This document shows positions 27,844 to 40,872 of a stretch of 64,000 nucleotides of DNA, in pieces; the first letter of the stretch is position 1; the number at the start of each line of letters is the position of its first letter. This stretch comes from Marinobacter sp. Lineage in GTDB: Bacteria > Pseudomonadota > Gammaproteobacteria > Pseudomonadales > Oleiphilaceae. The notes beneath the pieces were generated by a model. That model had not been told where the DNA came from. It was given only the letters and a program-made list of their open reading frames with translations, and made no database searches. The translations under genes and the position numbers were made by a program. The DNA is taken from assembly GCA_018623515.1 (NCBI GenBank), contig JAAZVL010000001.1, positions 6,037 through 70,036 of the forward strand, given 5' to 3'.

Positions 27844-30246
27844 TCAGGGAGTTCCGAAACGCCGGCGCTCCCTCTCGTCAAACCCGTAGATCGCCTCGGA
27901 AATCCGGGCCGAGGCGCCGCCACTGCCACCCAGCCCCTTGAGCTGGATCTGGAACAGCAGGCGGGTGTCCAGCTGCTGGTCGTCGGTCAGGTAGTTCTGA
28001 TGCACCACCTGGACGCTCCAGCAACAGTTGTTGTATTCCAGACCGGCGAGAGACCCCACCGTGCGGTCCAGATCGGAGTCGTAAACCCACCGGCCGATCA
28101 GGCTAACACGGTCTGAGACCGGAACAACCGCCGCAATATCCGACTGTTCCAATTCATCCTTGCTGTAGGTATGGCCGAGACTGGCCAGGTAACGGTAATC
28201 CTCCGAATGGAAGGTCAGCTGGCTGCGGCCTTCCTCGGTTTCGCCGGTATCCGGATCCCACAGACCGGAAGAGCGGATCTCCAGGGTATCCAGCGGGCTG
28301 AGCACCAGCTCCCCCGCCAGTGGAGACCGGCTGCGGGTACCGCCACCGGCGCCGAACAGGGTCACCTCCCGGTCCTCGAAATACTGCACCTGACCGATAC
28401 TGACACGCGCCCTCTCTGCTCCGGTAACCAGGTCATTGAACCGACTGGTCAGCGCTACGGTCAACTGGTTGGTGTCGCCGACACGGTCGCCACCGCTGAA
28501 ACGGTCGGGTTCGAACAGCTGGTCAAAGCGGAAACTCTTGATCGCGGTATCAAAATCCGGGATCTCATTCTGGTCAGCGCTGGCATCCGCCCAGGCGTAA
28601 TACAGCCGTGGCTCCAGGCTCTGGTTATAGGGCACACCAAAGAGCTCCGAGCGCCGGTCAAAGTACAGGCCGTTGTCCCACTCAGCCACCGGGACCGTAC
28701 GGTCGAAACTGCCATCACCGAGGCTGTAATCTTCAAGGTCATAGCGGGTGTAATCGACGCTCACGGAAGGTCGAGTGAAGCCCCACAGGGAGCGCAACGG
28801 CACCGCCAGCTCGGGCACGGCGCGGAGCCGTTGGCCGTTGGCGCGATCAAGGCCGGTCAGGTTGTCGTTGTCCCGATAGAACCACGTGTACTGGCTCTCC
28901 AGTCCGGCCTCCAGCCAGCCTGCCCTGGTGGTTCCGCCATACAGCACCTCCGGCAGCTGGGCGTAAGGCTTGTCTGCATCGGCGATAAATTCACTGATGG
29001 TCTGGTAATCATTCAGGTAGGTCTCGAAGTACTGGTTGGCACTGCGGTAACGCACACCGCCCCGGCGCCTGAGATGGGTCGCCTGATTGATTTCCAGGCT
29101 GCGGTTGAGGTCACTGAGGTAGTCATTATCACTGACCACCGAATAATCTCCATAGCCGGTCCAGCCCTGGCCGAGATTGGCCCGGGTACTGGCATCCAGC
29201 GCCCAGCGCTCCCCGCTCTCGCCCGGATTTTCATCCCGGAAATCGGAGTCCTTGTTGATGTAGCCCACCTGCAGCACACTCTCGCCAAACCTGCTCAGGT
29301 AGCGGCCTTCCGCTTCGTTGAACAGGCCCCGGCCGTGGATATACTGGGGGGTCAGCGTGGCATCGTAGTGGGGCGCCAGGTTCAGGTAATAGGGCACCGC
29401 CAGGAAGGCACCGCTGCCGGCACTGGAAGATCCGAATTGCGGGTAGAGAAAACCGGTCTTGCGACGGTCATCGATGGGGAAGCTGGCCCAGGGCCAGTAG
29501 AATACCGGAACATCCAGCACTTCCAGGCGCACATGTCTGGCAGTACCAAAACCCTCGGCCCGGTCCAGCCGGATATCCGAGGCCACGATCGCCCAGTCAT
29601 TCTGCGAGGGACCGCAGGTGGTCAGCAGGCCATCGCGGATCTGCACCTGGTTTTCGGCGATTCGGGACAGACTGCCGGCACTGCCCCGCATTTCCGGGCC
29701 GTGCAGCAGGAAGGTCGCGGTATTGATGTCAAAGCGCCCACTTTCGAGGCTGTAGTCCGCGGACTCGCCTGTGAGCAGGAAGCCGTTGCCGCGGCTCACC
29801 AGCGGGCCGCTGACCGAGACGGATCCGGCCTGCTGATCGTAGCGGGCCTCCGAGCCGGTCACTTCGAAGCCACCCTGACGAATCCGGACATCCCCCTGTA
29901 AAAAGAGTTCCCGGTCAATCTCGTAACGGGCGCTCAGACCACTGGCTTCCAGTGGCTCTCCGGCGTCCGCGCCCGGCCCCGAAAATGCGGAACCCGCTAC
30001 TTCAGTGCCGGAGGGAAGGTAGCCGCCGTCACAGAATACCGGCAACCGGTCCCGGACCCCGGCGGGCAATTCGGCCCGGGGGCGCCAGTCGATCTCCGCT
30101 GCCGACGGCGATTTGCTACCCTGGGCCGCGACCGGCGCCGCCAGAACCAATCCCGACAGCGTGGCCAGAACTGCGCCGGAAATCCGGCGGACCCGGCCAG
30201 ACAACCGGCGGACCGGTCGCTTCGGACAGCAGATGGCGGATTGCAC
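27844..30246 (-). CDS. lptD: LPS assembly outer-membrane protein LptD (start uncertain)
   Basis: RRKTGFLYP, PYYLNLAPHYD, LEPRLYY and EYNNCCW motifs; upstream of surA. Confidence 0.93.
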   Translation of the reverse strand: MQSAICCPKRPVRRLSGRVRRISGAVLATLSGLVLAAPVAAQGSKSPSAAEIDWRPRAELPAGVRDRLPVFCDGGYLPSGTEVAGSAFSGPGADAGEPLEASGLSARYEIDRELFLQGDVRIRQGGFEVTGSEARYDQQAGSVSVSGPLVSRGNGFLLTGESADYSLESGRFDINTATFLLHGPEMRGSAGSLSRIAENQVQIRDGLLTTCGPSQNDWAIVASDIRLDRAEGFGTARHVRLEVLDVPVFYWPWASFPIDDRRKTGFLYPQFGSSSAGSGAFLAVPYYLNLAPHYDATLTPQYIHGRGLFNEAEGRYLSRFGESVLQVGYINKDSDFRDENPGESGERWALDASTRANLGQGWTGYGDYSVVSDNDYLSDLNRSLEINQATHLRRRGGVRYRSANQYFETYLNDYQTISEFIADADKPYAQLPEVLYGGTTRAGWLEAGLESQYTWFYRDNDNLTGLDRANGQRLRAVPELAVPLRSLWGFTRPSVSVDYTRYDLEDYSLGDGSFDRTVPVAEWDNGLYFDRRSELFGVPYNQSLEPRLYYAWADASADQNEIPDFDTAIKSFRFDQLFEPDRFSGGDRVGDTNQLTVALTSRFNDLVTGAERARVSIGQVQYFEDREVTLFGAGGGTRSRSPLAGELVLSPLDTLEIRSSGLWDPDTGETEEGRSQLTFHSEDYRYLASLGHTYSKDELEQSDIAAVVPVSDRVSLIGRWVYDSDLDRTVGSLAGLEYNNCCWSVQVVHQNYLTDDQQLDTRLLFQIQLKGLGGSGGASARISEAIYGFDERERRRFGTP

Positions 30247-30429
30247 GGTGGCAGGATTCCTGTTCCGGAAAGTGGATTTCGGGGCCTGAATTCGAGCCGC
30301 CTAGTTTACACGGGCCCTTGCAGCTTGTTAACGGAAACTCCGCTGTAAAACCGTTTTACCCCCTTTATACTCCTCTGCTAACTTTCGAAATCAATGCCAA
30401 CAAATATGTCGGGACGATCAACCACCCCT

Positions 30430-32153
<1,724 letters not shown>

Positions 32154-32159
32154 CGCACC

Positions 32160-32915
32160 ATGGCAAAGAGCACCGGCGCGACACTTCCCTCCCACCTCCA
32201 GGCCGAGTTCTCCAGCCTGCTCCGGGAGCTGTCCGCCTGCGGACACCAGGCCGCCACCTTTCTCGAACGGGTGCGGTTACCCGGATGGTGCCGCTGCCCA
32301 CTGTTCTATTTCCTGGGCTATATCGCCCGGTCCGACGGCCGGGTCACCGAGGCCGACATCAATTATGCCGAGGGACTGATCCGGGCCCTGAACCTTTCCG
32401 GACGCCAGCGTCAGCGGGCGATCCAGTGGTTCCAGCATGGCAAGAAAGCCCAAGACCTGCCGCCTTTGAGAGGGCTGTCCCTGCGCCTCACCCGACGGCT
32501 CTGGCCGGCACCGGCGCTGACCGTCGCCATCTGCCTGTGCCACGCGGCGCAAATCCAGGGTCCTCCCGGCAAGCCCCGCCGTTACCGGTGCGAAGACGCC
32601 ATCGACCAGATGGGATTGCCGGTGGGCGTTGGCGACCAGATTCTGGAAAGCTACGCCAGCAAGGTCTGGGTCCGGGCGGCGGACATGCCGGCCCGGCCGG
32701 AAACCTATGACCAGGCCTGCCAGTTGCTGGGCGTCACCCGCCGGGACTCGCTGACCCTGATCAAACGGGCCTACCGCCGGAAAGTCTCCGAGTGTCACCC
32801 GGACAAGCTGTCCCAGAAGGGGCTCTCGCCCCGGGAACTCGCCATCGCCAAGGAGCAATTGCTGCGCTACCAGCAAGCCTGGGAGCTGATCAAGCAACGG
32901 AACCACTCGATTTGA
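32160..32915 (+). CDS. DjlA-like TerB + DnaJ-domain co-chaperone
   Basis: [15 protein letters not shown] (TerB-like); [17 protein letters not shown] (J-domain). Confidence 0.78.
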   Translation: MAKSTGATLPSHLQAEFSSLLRELSACGHQAATFLERVRLPGWCRCPLFYFLGYIARSDGRVTEADINYAEGLIRALNLSGRQRQRAIQWFQHGKKAQDLPPLRGLSLRLTRRLWPAPALTVAICLCHAAQIQGPPGKPRRYRCEDAIDQMGLPVGVGDQILESYASKVWVRAADMPARPETYDQACQLLGVTRRDSLTLIKRAYRRKVSECHPDKLSQKGLSPRELAIAKEQLLRYQQAWELIKQRNHSI

Positions 32916-33099
32916 AGCCATACCCGGCCGCCAGGGCGTCGATGGCCAGCCCGACTACGCACAGGTGCGGATCTTTTGGCGGCGAAAACACAGGCTCAAA
33001 CTGGTAAACTGGCCAGCGATTGAACGGCACGGCCGGAACCGGAGCTTCCGGATTCCGTACAACCCCGAACTGCTATCGAACACCACTGAGAGAGACATC

Positions 33100-33786
33100 A
33101 TGAATCCGTACCTGATTGCCCCATCCATCCTCTCCGCCGATTTTGCCCGCCTGGGCGAGGAAGTCGACAATGTGCTGGCTGCCGGTGCCGATGTGGTGCA
33201 CTTCGACGTGATGGACAATCACTACGTGCCGAACCTGACCATCGGCCCCATGGTCTGCGAAGCCCTGCGCAAGCACGGCGTTACCGCACCCATTGACGTG
33301 CACCTGATGGTATCGCCGGTGGACGACCTGATCCGCATGTTCATTGATGCCGGCGCCAGTTACATCACCTTTCACCCGGAAGCCTCCAACCACATCGACC
33401 GCTCCCTGCAACTGATCCGCGACGGTGGCTGCAAGGCCGGCCTGGTGTTCAACCCGGCCACCCCACTGAGCTACATGGACTATGTCATGGACAAGCTCGA
33501 CATGGTGCTCCTGATGTCGGTCAACCCGGGCTTTGGTGGCCAGAAGTTCATCCCGGGTACTCTCGACAAGCTGCGGGAGGCCCGCAAGAAAATCGACGCC
33601 AGCAACTACAACATCCGGCTGGAAATCGACGGCGGCGTGAAAACCGATAACATCCGCGAGATTGCCGAAGCCGGTGCCGACACCTTTGTTGCCGGTTCAG
33701 CCATTTTCAACACGCCGGACTACAAGGCCACCATCGACGACATGCGGGCGGAACTGGAGCAGGCCCGCAAGGTGATCGGCGGATGA
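33100..33786 (+). CDS. rpe: Ribulose-phosphate 3-epimerase
   Basis: [31 protein letters not shown] and EIDGG motifs. Confidence 0.97.
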   Translation: MNPYLIAPSILSADFARLGEEVDNVLAAGADVVHFDVMDNHYVPNLTIGPMVCEALRKHGVTAPIDVHLMVSPVDDLIRMFIDAGASYITFHPEASNHIDRSLQLIRDGGCKAGLVFNPATPLSYMDYVMDKLDMVLLMSVNPGFGGQKFIPGTLDKLREARKKIDASNYNIRLEIDGGVKTDNIREIAEAGADTFVAGSAIFNTPDYKATIDDMRAELEQARKVIGG

Positions 33787-34472
33787 GTCTCAAAGGCCTG
33801 TTCAACACCCGATGGCCGGGTGTGGCTCTCTTCGACCTGGACGGCACTCTGGTAGACAGCGCACCGGATCTGGCCGCTGCAGTGGACCAGATGCTGGAGC
33901 ATTTGGGCCGGACACCGGCGGGGCTCGACAAGGTCCGGGATTGGGTGGGTAATGGTGCAGCCGTCCTGGTGCGGCGCGCCCTGGCTGGCAAGACCGACTG
34001 GGAACCGGCTCGGCCGAAGGACGACGCCCTGTTCAAGGACGCCCTGGCGATTTTTTTCCATCACTATGCCCGGATCAACGGCCAGCATTCCCGGGTCTTT
34101 CCGGGGGTGGAAGCTTGCCTGGCACATCTCAAGAACAATGGCTGCCGGCTGGCGGTGGTCACCAACAAACCGGAACAGTTCGTGGCGCCTCTGCTCAAGC
34201 AGCTGGACCTGGACCACTGGTTTGACCTGAGTATCGGTGGCGATACACTGCCGGTCAAAAAGCCGGACCCGGGCCCACTGCTGCATGCCATGGAGCAACT
34301 GGGTGGCACCCGCGGCACGACGGTTATGGTCGGCGACTCCGCGGCCGATGTGAACGCCGCCATTGCCGCCGGCATTCCCTGCGTGGCGGTCCGCTACGGT
34401 TACAATTTCGGGGGATCCGTGGAAACCCTCGGGGCCGACGCGATTGTTGATTCACTGGCCGAGCTTTTGTAA
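33783..34472 (+). CDS. gph: Phosphoglycolate phosphatase
   Basis: [19 protein letters not shown] and MVGDS HAD motifs; rpe-gph-trpE synteny. Confidence 0.92.
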   Translation: MSLKGLFNTRWPGVALFDLDGTLVDSAPDLAAAVDQMLEHLGRTPAGLDKVRDWVGNGAAVLVRRALAGKTDWEPARPKDDALFKDALAIFFHHYARINGQHSRVFPGVEACLAHLKNNGCRLAVVTNKPEQFVAPLLKQLDLDHWFDLSIGGDTLPVKKPDPGPLLHAMEQLGGTRGTTVMVGDSAADVNAAIAAGIPCVAVRYGYNFGGSVETLGADAIVDSLAELL

Positions 34473-34520
34473 TCTCACAAGGACGTTTCATTGAACACTT
34501 GTTATCGGGAGATTCCTGCC

Positions 34521-34601
34521 GTGCAGGGACTGAATCTGACTGCAGCGCGAGGCATCCTCACAACCCGCGCAACACGATGGTGGCGATGGCGCACCGGCTG
34601 A
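34521..34601 (+). CDS. trpE leader peptide (MQGLNLTAARGILTTRATRWWRWRTG)
   Basis: GGGAGA RBS, GTG start, three Trp codons (WWRW) near the 3' end, stop about 107 nt before trpE; too short for the supplied ORF track. Confidence 0.78.
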   Translation: MQGLNLTAARGILTTRATRWWRWRTG

Positions 34602-34708
34602 ACAGGCCCGGCGGCTGACGGGCGCACGCCTGTCGAGACCGTACCACCCGACGGAATGGCATCCGGCCCTTCCGTGCAAATGCAGATCAGACTTCAGGAA
34701 ACCGACAC

Positions 34709-36196
34709 ATGACACCCGAGCAGTTCTCCGAGCTCGCCCACGCCGGCTTTAACCGTATCCCCGTGTATCGCGAGGTCCTGGCGGACCTGGATACACCCTT
34801 GAGCACCTACCTGAAGCTGGCCAGCGGCCCCTACTCCTATCTCTTTGAATCCGTTCAGGGCGGCGAGAAATGGGGCCGTTATTCCATCATCGGTCTGCCC
34901 AGCCAGGAGATTCTCAAGATCTTTGATCATCGCATCGAGGTCAGTCAGAACGGCAAGGTGGTCGAACAGGCCGACGTGGACGATCCACTGGCGTTCGTTG
35001 ACGAATACCAGCAGCGCTTCAACGCCCCGGACCTGCCGGAACTGCCCCGATTCAATGGTGGCCTGGTGGGGTATTTCGGCTACGACACCGTACGCTACAT
35101 CGAAAAACGTCTGCGCAACTCCTGCCCGCCTGACCGGATTGGCACCCCGGATATCCTGCTGATGGTCTCCAACGAGATCGTGGTGTTCGACAACCTGCGT
35201 GGCAAGCTGCACCTGATCGTGCATGTCGACCCGGCCATGGAAGGTGCCTACGAACAGGCCCAGGCCCGCATCGACGAGCTGGAGGCGCGCCTTCACCGGC
35301 AGACAGCCGACGCGCCCCGTACTCCGGAACACCTGCGTGGCAAGGCCGTGGACGAGAGTGATTTCATTTCCGGCTTCACCCAGGACCGTTTCGAGGCCGC
35401 CGTCGACCGGATCAAGGAATACGTGCTGGACGGCGATGTGATGCAGACGGTCATCTCCCAGCGCATGTCCATCCCGTTCGAGGCACCGCCCCTGAACCTG
35501 TACCGGTCCCTGCGGGTACTGAATCCATCGCCATACATGTATTTCCTGGACCTGGACGACTTCCACATCGTCGGCTCGTCCCCGGAGATCCTGGCCCGGG
35601 TCGAGGACGAAGAAGTGACCGTGCGGCCCATCGCCGGTACCCGCAAGCGCGGTGCCACCGACGCCGAGGACAAGGCTCTGGAAAACGAACTGCTGGCCGA
35701 TCCGAAGGAAATCGCCGAGCACCTGATGCTGATCGACCTGGGCCGCAACGATGCCGGCCGGGTCTCGGAAACAGGCACCGTCAAGGTCACCGACAGGATG
35801 ATCGTGGAGCGCTACTCCCACGTCATGCACATCGTGTCCAACGTGACCGGCCGTCTGAAAGAAAACACCAGCTGCCTGGACGTGTTGCGGGCCACCCTGC
35901 CCGCGGGCACCCTCAGCGGCGCCCCCAAGATCCGGGCCATGGAAATCATCGACGAACTGGAGCCGGTCAAGCGTGGCGTCTACGGCGGCGCGGTGGGCTA
36001 CCTGTCGTTCAACGGCAACATGGATACCGCCATTGCCATCCGCACCGCGGTGATCAAGGACAATACCCTGCACATCCAGGCGGGTGCCGGTGTGGTGGCG
36101 GATTCGGTTCCCCGCCTCGAGTGGAAAGAAACCATGAACAAGGGTCGCGCGATTTTCCGTGCCGTGGCCATGACCTACAACGATTACGACCACTGA
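34709..36196 (+). CDS. trpE: Anthranilate synthase component I
   Basis: [38 protein letters not shown] and [15 protein letters not shown] motifs. Confidence 0.97.
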   Translation: MTPEQFSELAHAGFNRIPVYREVLADLDTPLSTYLKLASGPYSYLFESVQGGEKWGRYSIIGLPSQEILKIFDHRIEVSQNGKVVEQADVDDPLAFVDEYQQRFNAPDLPELPRFNGGLVGYFGYDTVRYIEKRLRNSCPPDRIGTPDILLMVSNEIVVFDNLRGKLHLIVHVDPAMEGAYEQAQARIDELEARLHRQTADAPRTPEHLRGKAVDESDFISGFTQDRFEAAVDRIKEYVLDGDVMQTVISQRMSIPFEAPPLNLYRSLRVLNPSPYMYFLDLDDFHIVGSSPEILARVEDEEVTVRPIAGTRKRGATDAEDKALENELLADPKEIAEHLMLIDLGRNDAGRVSETGTVKVTDRMIVERYSHVMHIVSNVTGRLKENTSCLDVLRATLPAGTLSGAPKIRAMEIIDELEPVKRGVYGGAVGYLSFNGNMDTAIAIRTAVIKDNTLHIQAGAGVVADSVPRLEWKETMNKGRAIFRAVAMTYNDYDH

Positions 36197-36212
36197 GGCG
36201 GAGGAACGGATT

Positions 36213-36797
36213 ATGTTGCTGATGATCGATAACTACGATTCCTTCACCTACAACGTGGTGCAGTACCTGGCGGAGCTGGGCGCAGATGTGCGGGTATACC
36301 GCAACGATGAAATCACCATCGAGCAGATCGAGGCCCTCAAGCCCGAACGGCTGGTGATCTCACCGGGCCCTTGCACGCCGAACGAAGCCGGCATTTCCAT
36401 GGAAGCCATCCGCCACTTTGCCGGCAAACTGCCCATCCTCGGCATCTGCCTGGGCCACCAGGCCATCGGCCAGGTTTACGGCGCCGACATCGTGCGGGCC
36501 GGACGGGTCATGCACGGCAAGGTGTCGCCGGTCTATCACAAGGACATCGGCGTGTTCCGGGGGCTGAGCAATCCGTTGCAGGCCACCCGCTACCATAGCC
36601 TGGTCATTGACCAGAACACCCTGCCGGATTGCCTGGAAGTAACCGCCTGGACCCGCAATGATGACGGCTCCATCGAGGAAATCATGGGCGTGCGCCACAA
36701 GACCCTGCCCATCGAAGGCGTGCAGTTCCACCCGGAGTCGATCATGACTGAACAGGGCCACGAACTGCTGCGCAACTTCCTGAGAACAAACAACTAA
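36213..36797 (+). CDS. trpG: Anthranilate/aminodeoxychorismate synthase glutamine amidotransferase
   Basis: [27 protein letters not shown] and QFHPES motifs. Confidence 0.95.
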   Translation: MLLMIDNYDSFTYNVVQYLAELGADVRVYRNDEITIEQIEALKPERLVISPGPCTPNEAGISMEAIRHFAGKLPILGICLGHQAIGQVYGADIVRAGRVMHGKVSPVYHKDIGVFRGLSNPLQATRYHSLVIDQNTLPDCLEVTAWTRNDDGSIEEIMGVRHKTLPIEGVQFHPESIMTEQGHELLRNFLRTNN

Positions 36798-36811
36798 GAG
36801 GCCTGCTCCCC

Positions 36812-37840
36812 ATGGACATGAAAGAAGCTCTGAACCGGATCGCCTCCAACCTGGATCTTTCCCGGGAGGAAATGAAAGAGGTCATGCGCATTGTCATGAA
36901 CGGCGAGGCCACGGATGCGCAGATCGGGGCTTTCCTGATGGGGTTGCGTCTCAAGAGCGAGACCATTGACGAGATCACCGGCGCCACCGAGGTCATGCGC
37001 GAGCTGGCCACCGGCGTAGCGGTGAATGCCGAGCCGCTGGTGGACATTGTCGGCACCGGCGGCGACGGCGCCAACCTGTTCAACGTCTCCTCCGCGGCCT
37101 CTTTCGTGGTGGCGGCGGCCGGTGGCTATGTCGCCAAGCACGGCAACCGGGGCGTATCGTCCAAGAGCGGCAGCGCCGATCTCATCGAGAAGGCCGGTAT
37201 CAACCTGGACATGACCCCGGAGCAGGTCGCCCGCTGCGTGGAGCAGATCGGCGTCGGCTTTATGTTCGCCCCGGCCCACCACGGCGCCATGAAGCACGCT
37301 ATCGGCCCACGCAAGGAGCTGGGTTGCCGGACCATTTTCAATATTCTCGGTCCGATGACCAACCCCGCCGGGGTCAAGCGCCAGCTGCTGGGGGTGTTCA
37401 CCAGGGAACTGTGCCGTCCGATGGCGGAGGTGATGAAGCGCCTGGGGGCGGAGCACATCATGGTGGTGCACTCCAAGGATGGCCTGGATGAGATCAGCCT
37501 GGCCACGATCACTCACGTGGCGGAGCTCAAGGACGGGGAAATCACCGAGTATGACATCACCCCGGAAGATCTGGGCATCAAGAGCCAGTCGCTGGTGGGT
37601 CTGGATGTGGGTTCTTCCGAGGAGTCTCTGAACCTGATCAAGGCCGCATTTGGCCGGGAGCACGATGAGATCACCGAGAAGGCGCGGGACCTGATCGCCC
37701 TGAACGCCGGTGCGGCCATCTACATTGCCGGCCTCGCGGATACGCCGAAAGCCGGCGTGGAGATGGCACTGGATGCCATGGGATCGGGGCTGGCTGCGGG
37801 CAAGATGTCCGAACTGGCTGATTTTTCCCAGTGTTTTTAA
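36812..37840 (+). CDS. trpD: Anthranilate phosphoribosyltransferase
   Basis: [22 protein letters not shown] and DGLDEI motifs. Confidence 0.97.
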   Translation: MDMKEALNRIASNLDLSREEMKEVMRIVMNGEATDAQIGAFLMGLRLKSETIDEITGATEVMRELATGVAVNAEPLVDIVGTGGDGANLFNVSSAASFVVAAAGGYVAKHGNRGVSSKSGSADLIEKAGINLDMTPEQVARCVEQIGVGFMFAPAHHGAMKHAIGPRKELGCRTIFNILGPMTNPAGVKRQLLGVFTRELCRPMAEVMKRLGAEHIMVVHSKDGLDEISLATITHVAELKDGEITEYDITPEDLGIKSQSLVGLDVGSSEESLNLIKAAFGREHDEITEKARDLIALNAGAAIYIAGLADTPKAGVEMALDAMGSGLAAGKMSELADFSQCF

Positions 37841-37871
37841 TACCGGCCTGCTAACTTCGCAGCAGGTCGAT

Positions 37872-37977
37872 CGGAAGGGGAGGAGCTTTCCAAAACACGC
37901 CCGCAAGTACGTCCCTGTAGGGCTTGACTGCAGCCATCCCTGGCTGCAGACAGTTTTGGAAAGCTCCTCCCCTTCCG
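37872..37977 (-). repeat. GGA-loop hairpin repeat, copy C (between trpD and trpC)
   Basis: Perfect 25-bp arms 37872-37896/37953-37977; minus-strand core has GCCAGGGATGGC and TACAGGGACGTA. Confidence 0.9.
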
Positions 37978-38004
37978 CTCTCGCAGACTATTTACGGGCC
38001 TGAT

Positions 38005-38817
38005 ATGACAGACAGACATCTGGATAAGACTCCCACCATTCTTCGAAAAATCGTTGACCGGAAATGGCAAGAAATCGACGAACGCAAACGCCGCGTCACC
38101 GTTGACGATTTGAAGGCCATGGCGGGAGACCAGGCACCTGCCCGGGGTTTTGCCGACGCCATGCGATCACGCATCGAGCAACAGACCCCTGCCGTGATTG
38201 CCGAGATCAAGAAGGCGTCCCCCAGCAAGGGCATCCTGCGGGATCCGTTCGTGCCGGCCGAGATTGCCGAGAGCTATGAGAAAGGCGGCGCAGCCTGTCT
38301 GTCGGTACTGACCGACCGCGACTTCTTCCAGGGCCATGAGGACTACCTGAAAGCCGCCCGCGCCGCCTGCAGCCTGCCGGTGATTCGCAAGGATTTCATG
38401 GTGGCGCCCTACCAGGTCTACGAAAGCCGCGCCATCGGCGCCGACTGCATCCTGCTGATTGCCGCCTGCCTGACCCGTTACCAGATGCAGGAACTGGAAG
38501 GCATCGCCCGGGAGATCGGGCTGGATGTGCTGGTGGAGGTGCACGATCCGGAAGAGATGGACGACGCACTGACCCTGGAAACGCCCCTGGTCGGTATCAA
38601 TAACCGCAACCTGCACACCTTCGAGGTGTCACTGGACACCACGTTCGAACTGCACGAACGGATCGGCCAGGACCGGCTGACGGTGACGGAAAGCGGGATC
38701 ATGACCCGGGACGATGTGGAGGCCATGACCAGCCGGGGTATTTACGGCTTCCTGGTGGGGGAATCGTTTATGCGTGCAGAAGAGCCCGGAAGCAAACTTC
38801 GAGAACTCTTCTTCTGA
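38005..38817 (+). CDS. trpC: Indole-3-glycerol phosphate synthase
   Basis: [29 protein letters not shown] and ESGI motifs. Confidence 0.97.
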   Translation: MTDRHLDKTPTILRKIVDRKWQEIDERKRRVTVDDLKAMAGDQAPARGFADAMRSRIEQQTPAVIAEIKKASPSKGILRDPFVPAEIAESYEKGGAACLSVLTDRDFFQGHEDYLKAARAACSLPVIRKDFMVAPYQVYESRAIGADCILLIAACLTRYQMQELEGIAREIGLDVLVEVHDPEEMDDALTLETPLVGINNRNLHTFEVSLDTTFELHERIGQDRLTVTESGIMTRDDVEAMTSRGIYGFLVGESFMRAEEPGSKLRELFF

Positions 38818-38839
38818 GAACGCTAACTCCGATGCCGAT

Positions 38840-38950
38840 ACAGGCCGGTGGGTAGGGCCGGCCAAAATCGTGCGGAGCCATGGATGGCGGAGCCGAGCGT
38901 ACAGGGACGTATTTACAGCGTATTTTGGCCGGCCCTACCCACCGGCCTGT
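38840..38950 (+). repeat. GGA-loop hairpin repeat, copy D (downstream of trpC)
   Basis: Perfect 29-bp arms 38840-38868/38922-38950; core has GCCATGGATGGC and GTACAGGGACGTAT. Confidence 0.9.
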
Positions 38951-38959
38951 GCACCAAAG

Positions 38960-39574
38960 TCAGCCCTCAGCCCCACTCAAAGCTTCCTGCAAGAGCTCCA
39001 ACAGATGCGCTGGCATCCCGCCAGCCAGTTTCAGAGCCGCCTCATGCCCCCGGGGCGACATCTTGCCCCAGGTCCGGCGTACAATCCTGAGCCACTTTTC
39101 CCGGTCATACTCCGGCTTTTCCTCGTAGAACGGCGCAAAATAGCGCTCCAGGAACACCATGCAGGCCACATCCTCGAGCAGCTGGGTGTCCGGATCCTGA
39201 CGCAGCTCCCGCTTGGTCAGGATGGTCTCCACCCGCTGGCACTCGTCCTCGGGATAACCGCATTCGGCCATGATTTCCGCCGCCCGGCGGCCGTGCATGC
39301 GGCCGCAGGCCTGTCGCCACTGATAGTAATTCTTCCGCCCCTCCCCAAACTCGCTCCGGGGCATGGTCCAGCGTTCGATGTGCTGGGCCCGGCAGGCGAT
39401 CTGCATGCGCTCGGAGGGGGTTGGCTCCAGTTCGAACAGCCAGCGAGTCATGTGCTGGCTGTAGGCGTATTCCCGGGGCAGGCTCTCGCCGCCCACCATC
39501 TCCCGGTTGGGATCGGCCCGGTTGGCCTCGTCGATCTTGTTCAGGGCACATCCGAGACTGTCGGATACCGTCAT
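38960..39574 (-). CDS. DUF4202-type protein (HD-like fold)
   Basis: IDEANRADP, ACRAQHIERW, LEDVACMVFL and TWGKMS motifs. Confidence 0.8.
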   Translation of the reverse strand: MTVSDSLGCALNKIDEANRADPNREMVGGESLPREYAYSQHMTRWLFELEPTPSERMQIACRAQHIERWTMPRSEFGEGRKNYYQWRQACGRMHGRRAAEIMAECGYPEDECQRVETILTKRELRQDPDTQLLEDVACMVFLERYFAPFYEEKPEYDREKWLRIVRRTWGKMSPRGHEAALKLAGGMPAHLLELLQEALSGAEG

Positions 39575-39717
39575 CTGTTACTCCATCGTTGCTTGAATCA
39601 GGGTAAGCATAGGTGAATACCCTGAAGGGTATATCTCTTACGGTAACTTGTCGTGGTTGTGCTCCGTGGACGAATATTGGACATTGACCCGACCAATATC
39701 CGGAGCCTGACCAACCC

Positions 39718-40872
39718 GTGCGACTGACCAACCCGGACATTCCCTCCGAGTGGCACCCCGCGTACCGCGACTTCCAGCGGCAAAGGGAGCGGCTGTTTGC
39801 CGTTTTCGGTGCCTGGCTGTTGCTGGCGATCATGGTCGCTTACCAGTTCAGCCATGAGCTGCGCGAGGTCCGGACGCCGGAGCCCTGGTCGCTGGAACAC
39901 CTTTTGCGGTTGCCGGTCTATGTCAGCATCGGACTGACCCTGCTGTCCCATTACACCGGTGTGCCCGGCTGGCATCCGAAAGTATTCCTCAGGATGATGT
40001 CCACGTCACTGATGCTGATGATTCTCGGCCTCTTCCTGATCTACTTCCAGAACAAACCCGAGGACGTGCCCCAGGTCAGCGAAGGACTGATGATCAGCTT
40101 CTTCGGTGTCACCATGATGGCCACCCGCGGACTGCGGGACTGGCTAGTACAGTTCCTGCTGCCGCTGGTGCTCTTTGTGGTCGCAACCCTGCTGCTGCAA
40201 GTGTCACCGGCCAGTCTCATCCCCCACCTGTTCGGCCCCACGGCCATGCTGGCAGTCGGACTGGTCACCTCCGAAACCCTGCGTCGACTGGGTAATCACC
40301 AATTCCTCAATGAACAGCGCGTGAAGCAACTGGCAACCACGGACCAGCTGACCGGTCTCCTCAACCGCCACGCGTTCCTGCCCCTGATCCACCATGAAAT
40401 GGACCGGGCACGGCGCAGCAGCGACAAACCCTTCTGCGTGATCATGGGTGATCTGGACAAATTCAAACGGGTCAACGATACCCATGGCCACGACGTGGGG
40501 GATCTGGTTCTGAGGGAAACCGCCGTGCGGGTAAGCGCCAGCCTGCGCCAACAGGATATCCTGTGCCGCTGGGGGGGCGAGGAACTGCTGATCCTGTTGC
40601 CGGAAACCGGGCGGACCGGCGGTCTGGAAGTGGCACGAAAGATCCGTGAGGCAATGGCCGATCAGCCGATGCAACTGGACGGAGTCCGGGTTCGGCAAAC
40701 CATCAGTCTGGGCCTGGCCTGCTTCGACGGGGAACGGTCACCCGAACAACTGATCGCCCGGGCCGACAAAGCTCTTTATAGCGCCAAGGCCGCCGGCCGT
40801 AACAGAGTGATGATGGCCCCGGGCAATGAAACCGGAGCCACACCGGGCTCAGGCAGTTCAGGCCTGGGCTGA
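39718..40872 (+). CDS. Membrane-bound diguanylate cyclase
   Basis: Several TM segments; TDQLTGLLNR, DKFKRVNDTHGH, RQQD-x-RWGGEE (GGEEL) and AKAAGRNRV motifs. Confidence 0.9.
   Translation: MRLTNPDIPSEWHPAYRDFQRQRERLFAVFGAWLLLAIMVAYQFSHELREVRTPEPWSLEHLLRLPVYVSIGLTLLSHYTGVPGWHPKVFLRMMSTSLMLMILGLFLIYFQNKPEDVPQVSEGLMISFFGVTMMATRGLRDWLVQFLLPLVLFVVATLLLQVSPASLIPHLFGPTAMLAVGLVTSETLRRLGNHQFLNEQRVKQLATTDQLTGLLNRHAFLPLIHHEMDRARRSSDKPFCVIMGDLDKFKRVNDTHGHDVGDLVLRETAVRVSASLRQQDILCRWGGEELLILLPETGRTGGLEVARKIREAMADQPMQLDGVRVRQTISLGLACFDGERSPEQLIARADKALYSAKAAGRNRVMMAPGNETGATPGSGSSGLG

Noticed and set aside
34477-34486. Single CsrA-like site ACAAGGACGT before the trpE leader
   Set aside because: It is isolated, not in a clear hairpin and not overlapping an RBS; could be chance.
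37924-38004. TTG-started N-terminal extension of trpC
   Set aside because: It lies inside repeat copy C; ATG 38005 gives a normal-length TrpC.
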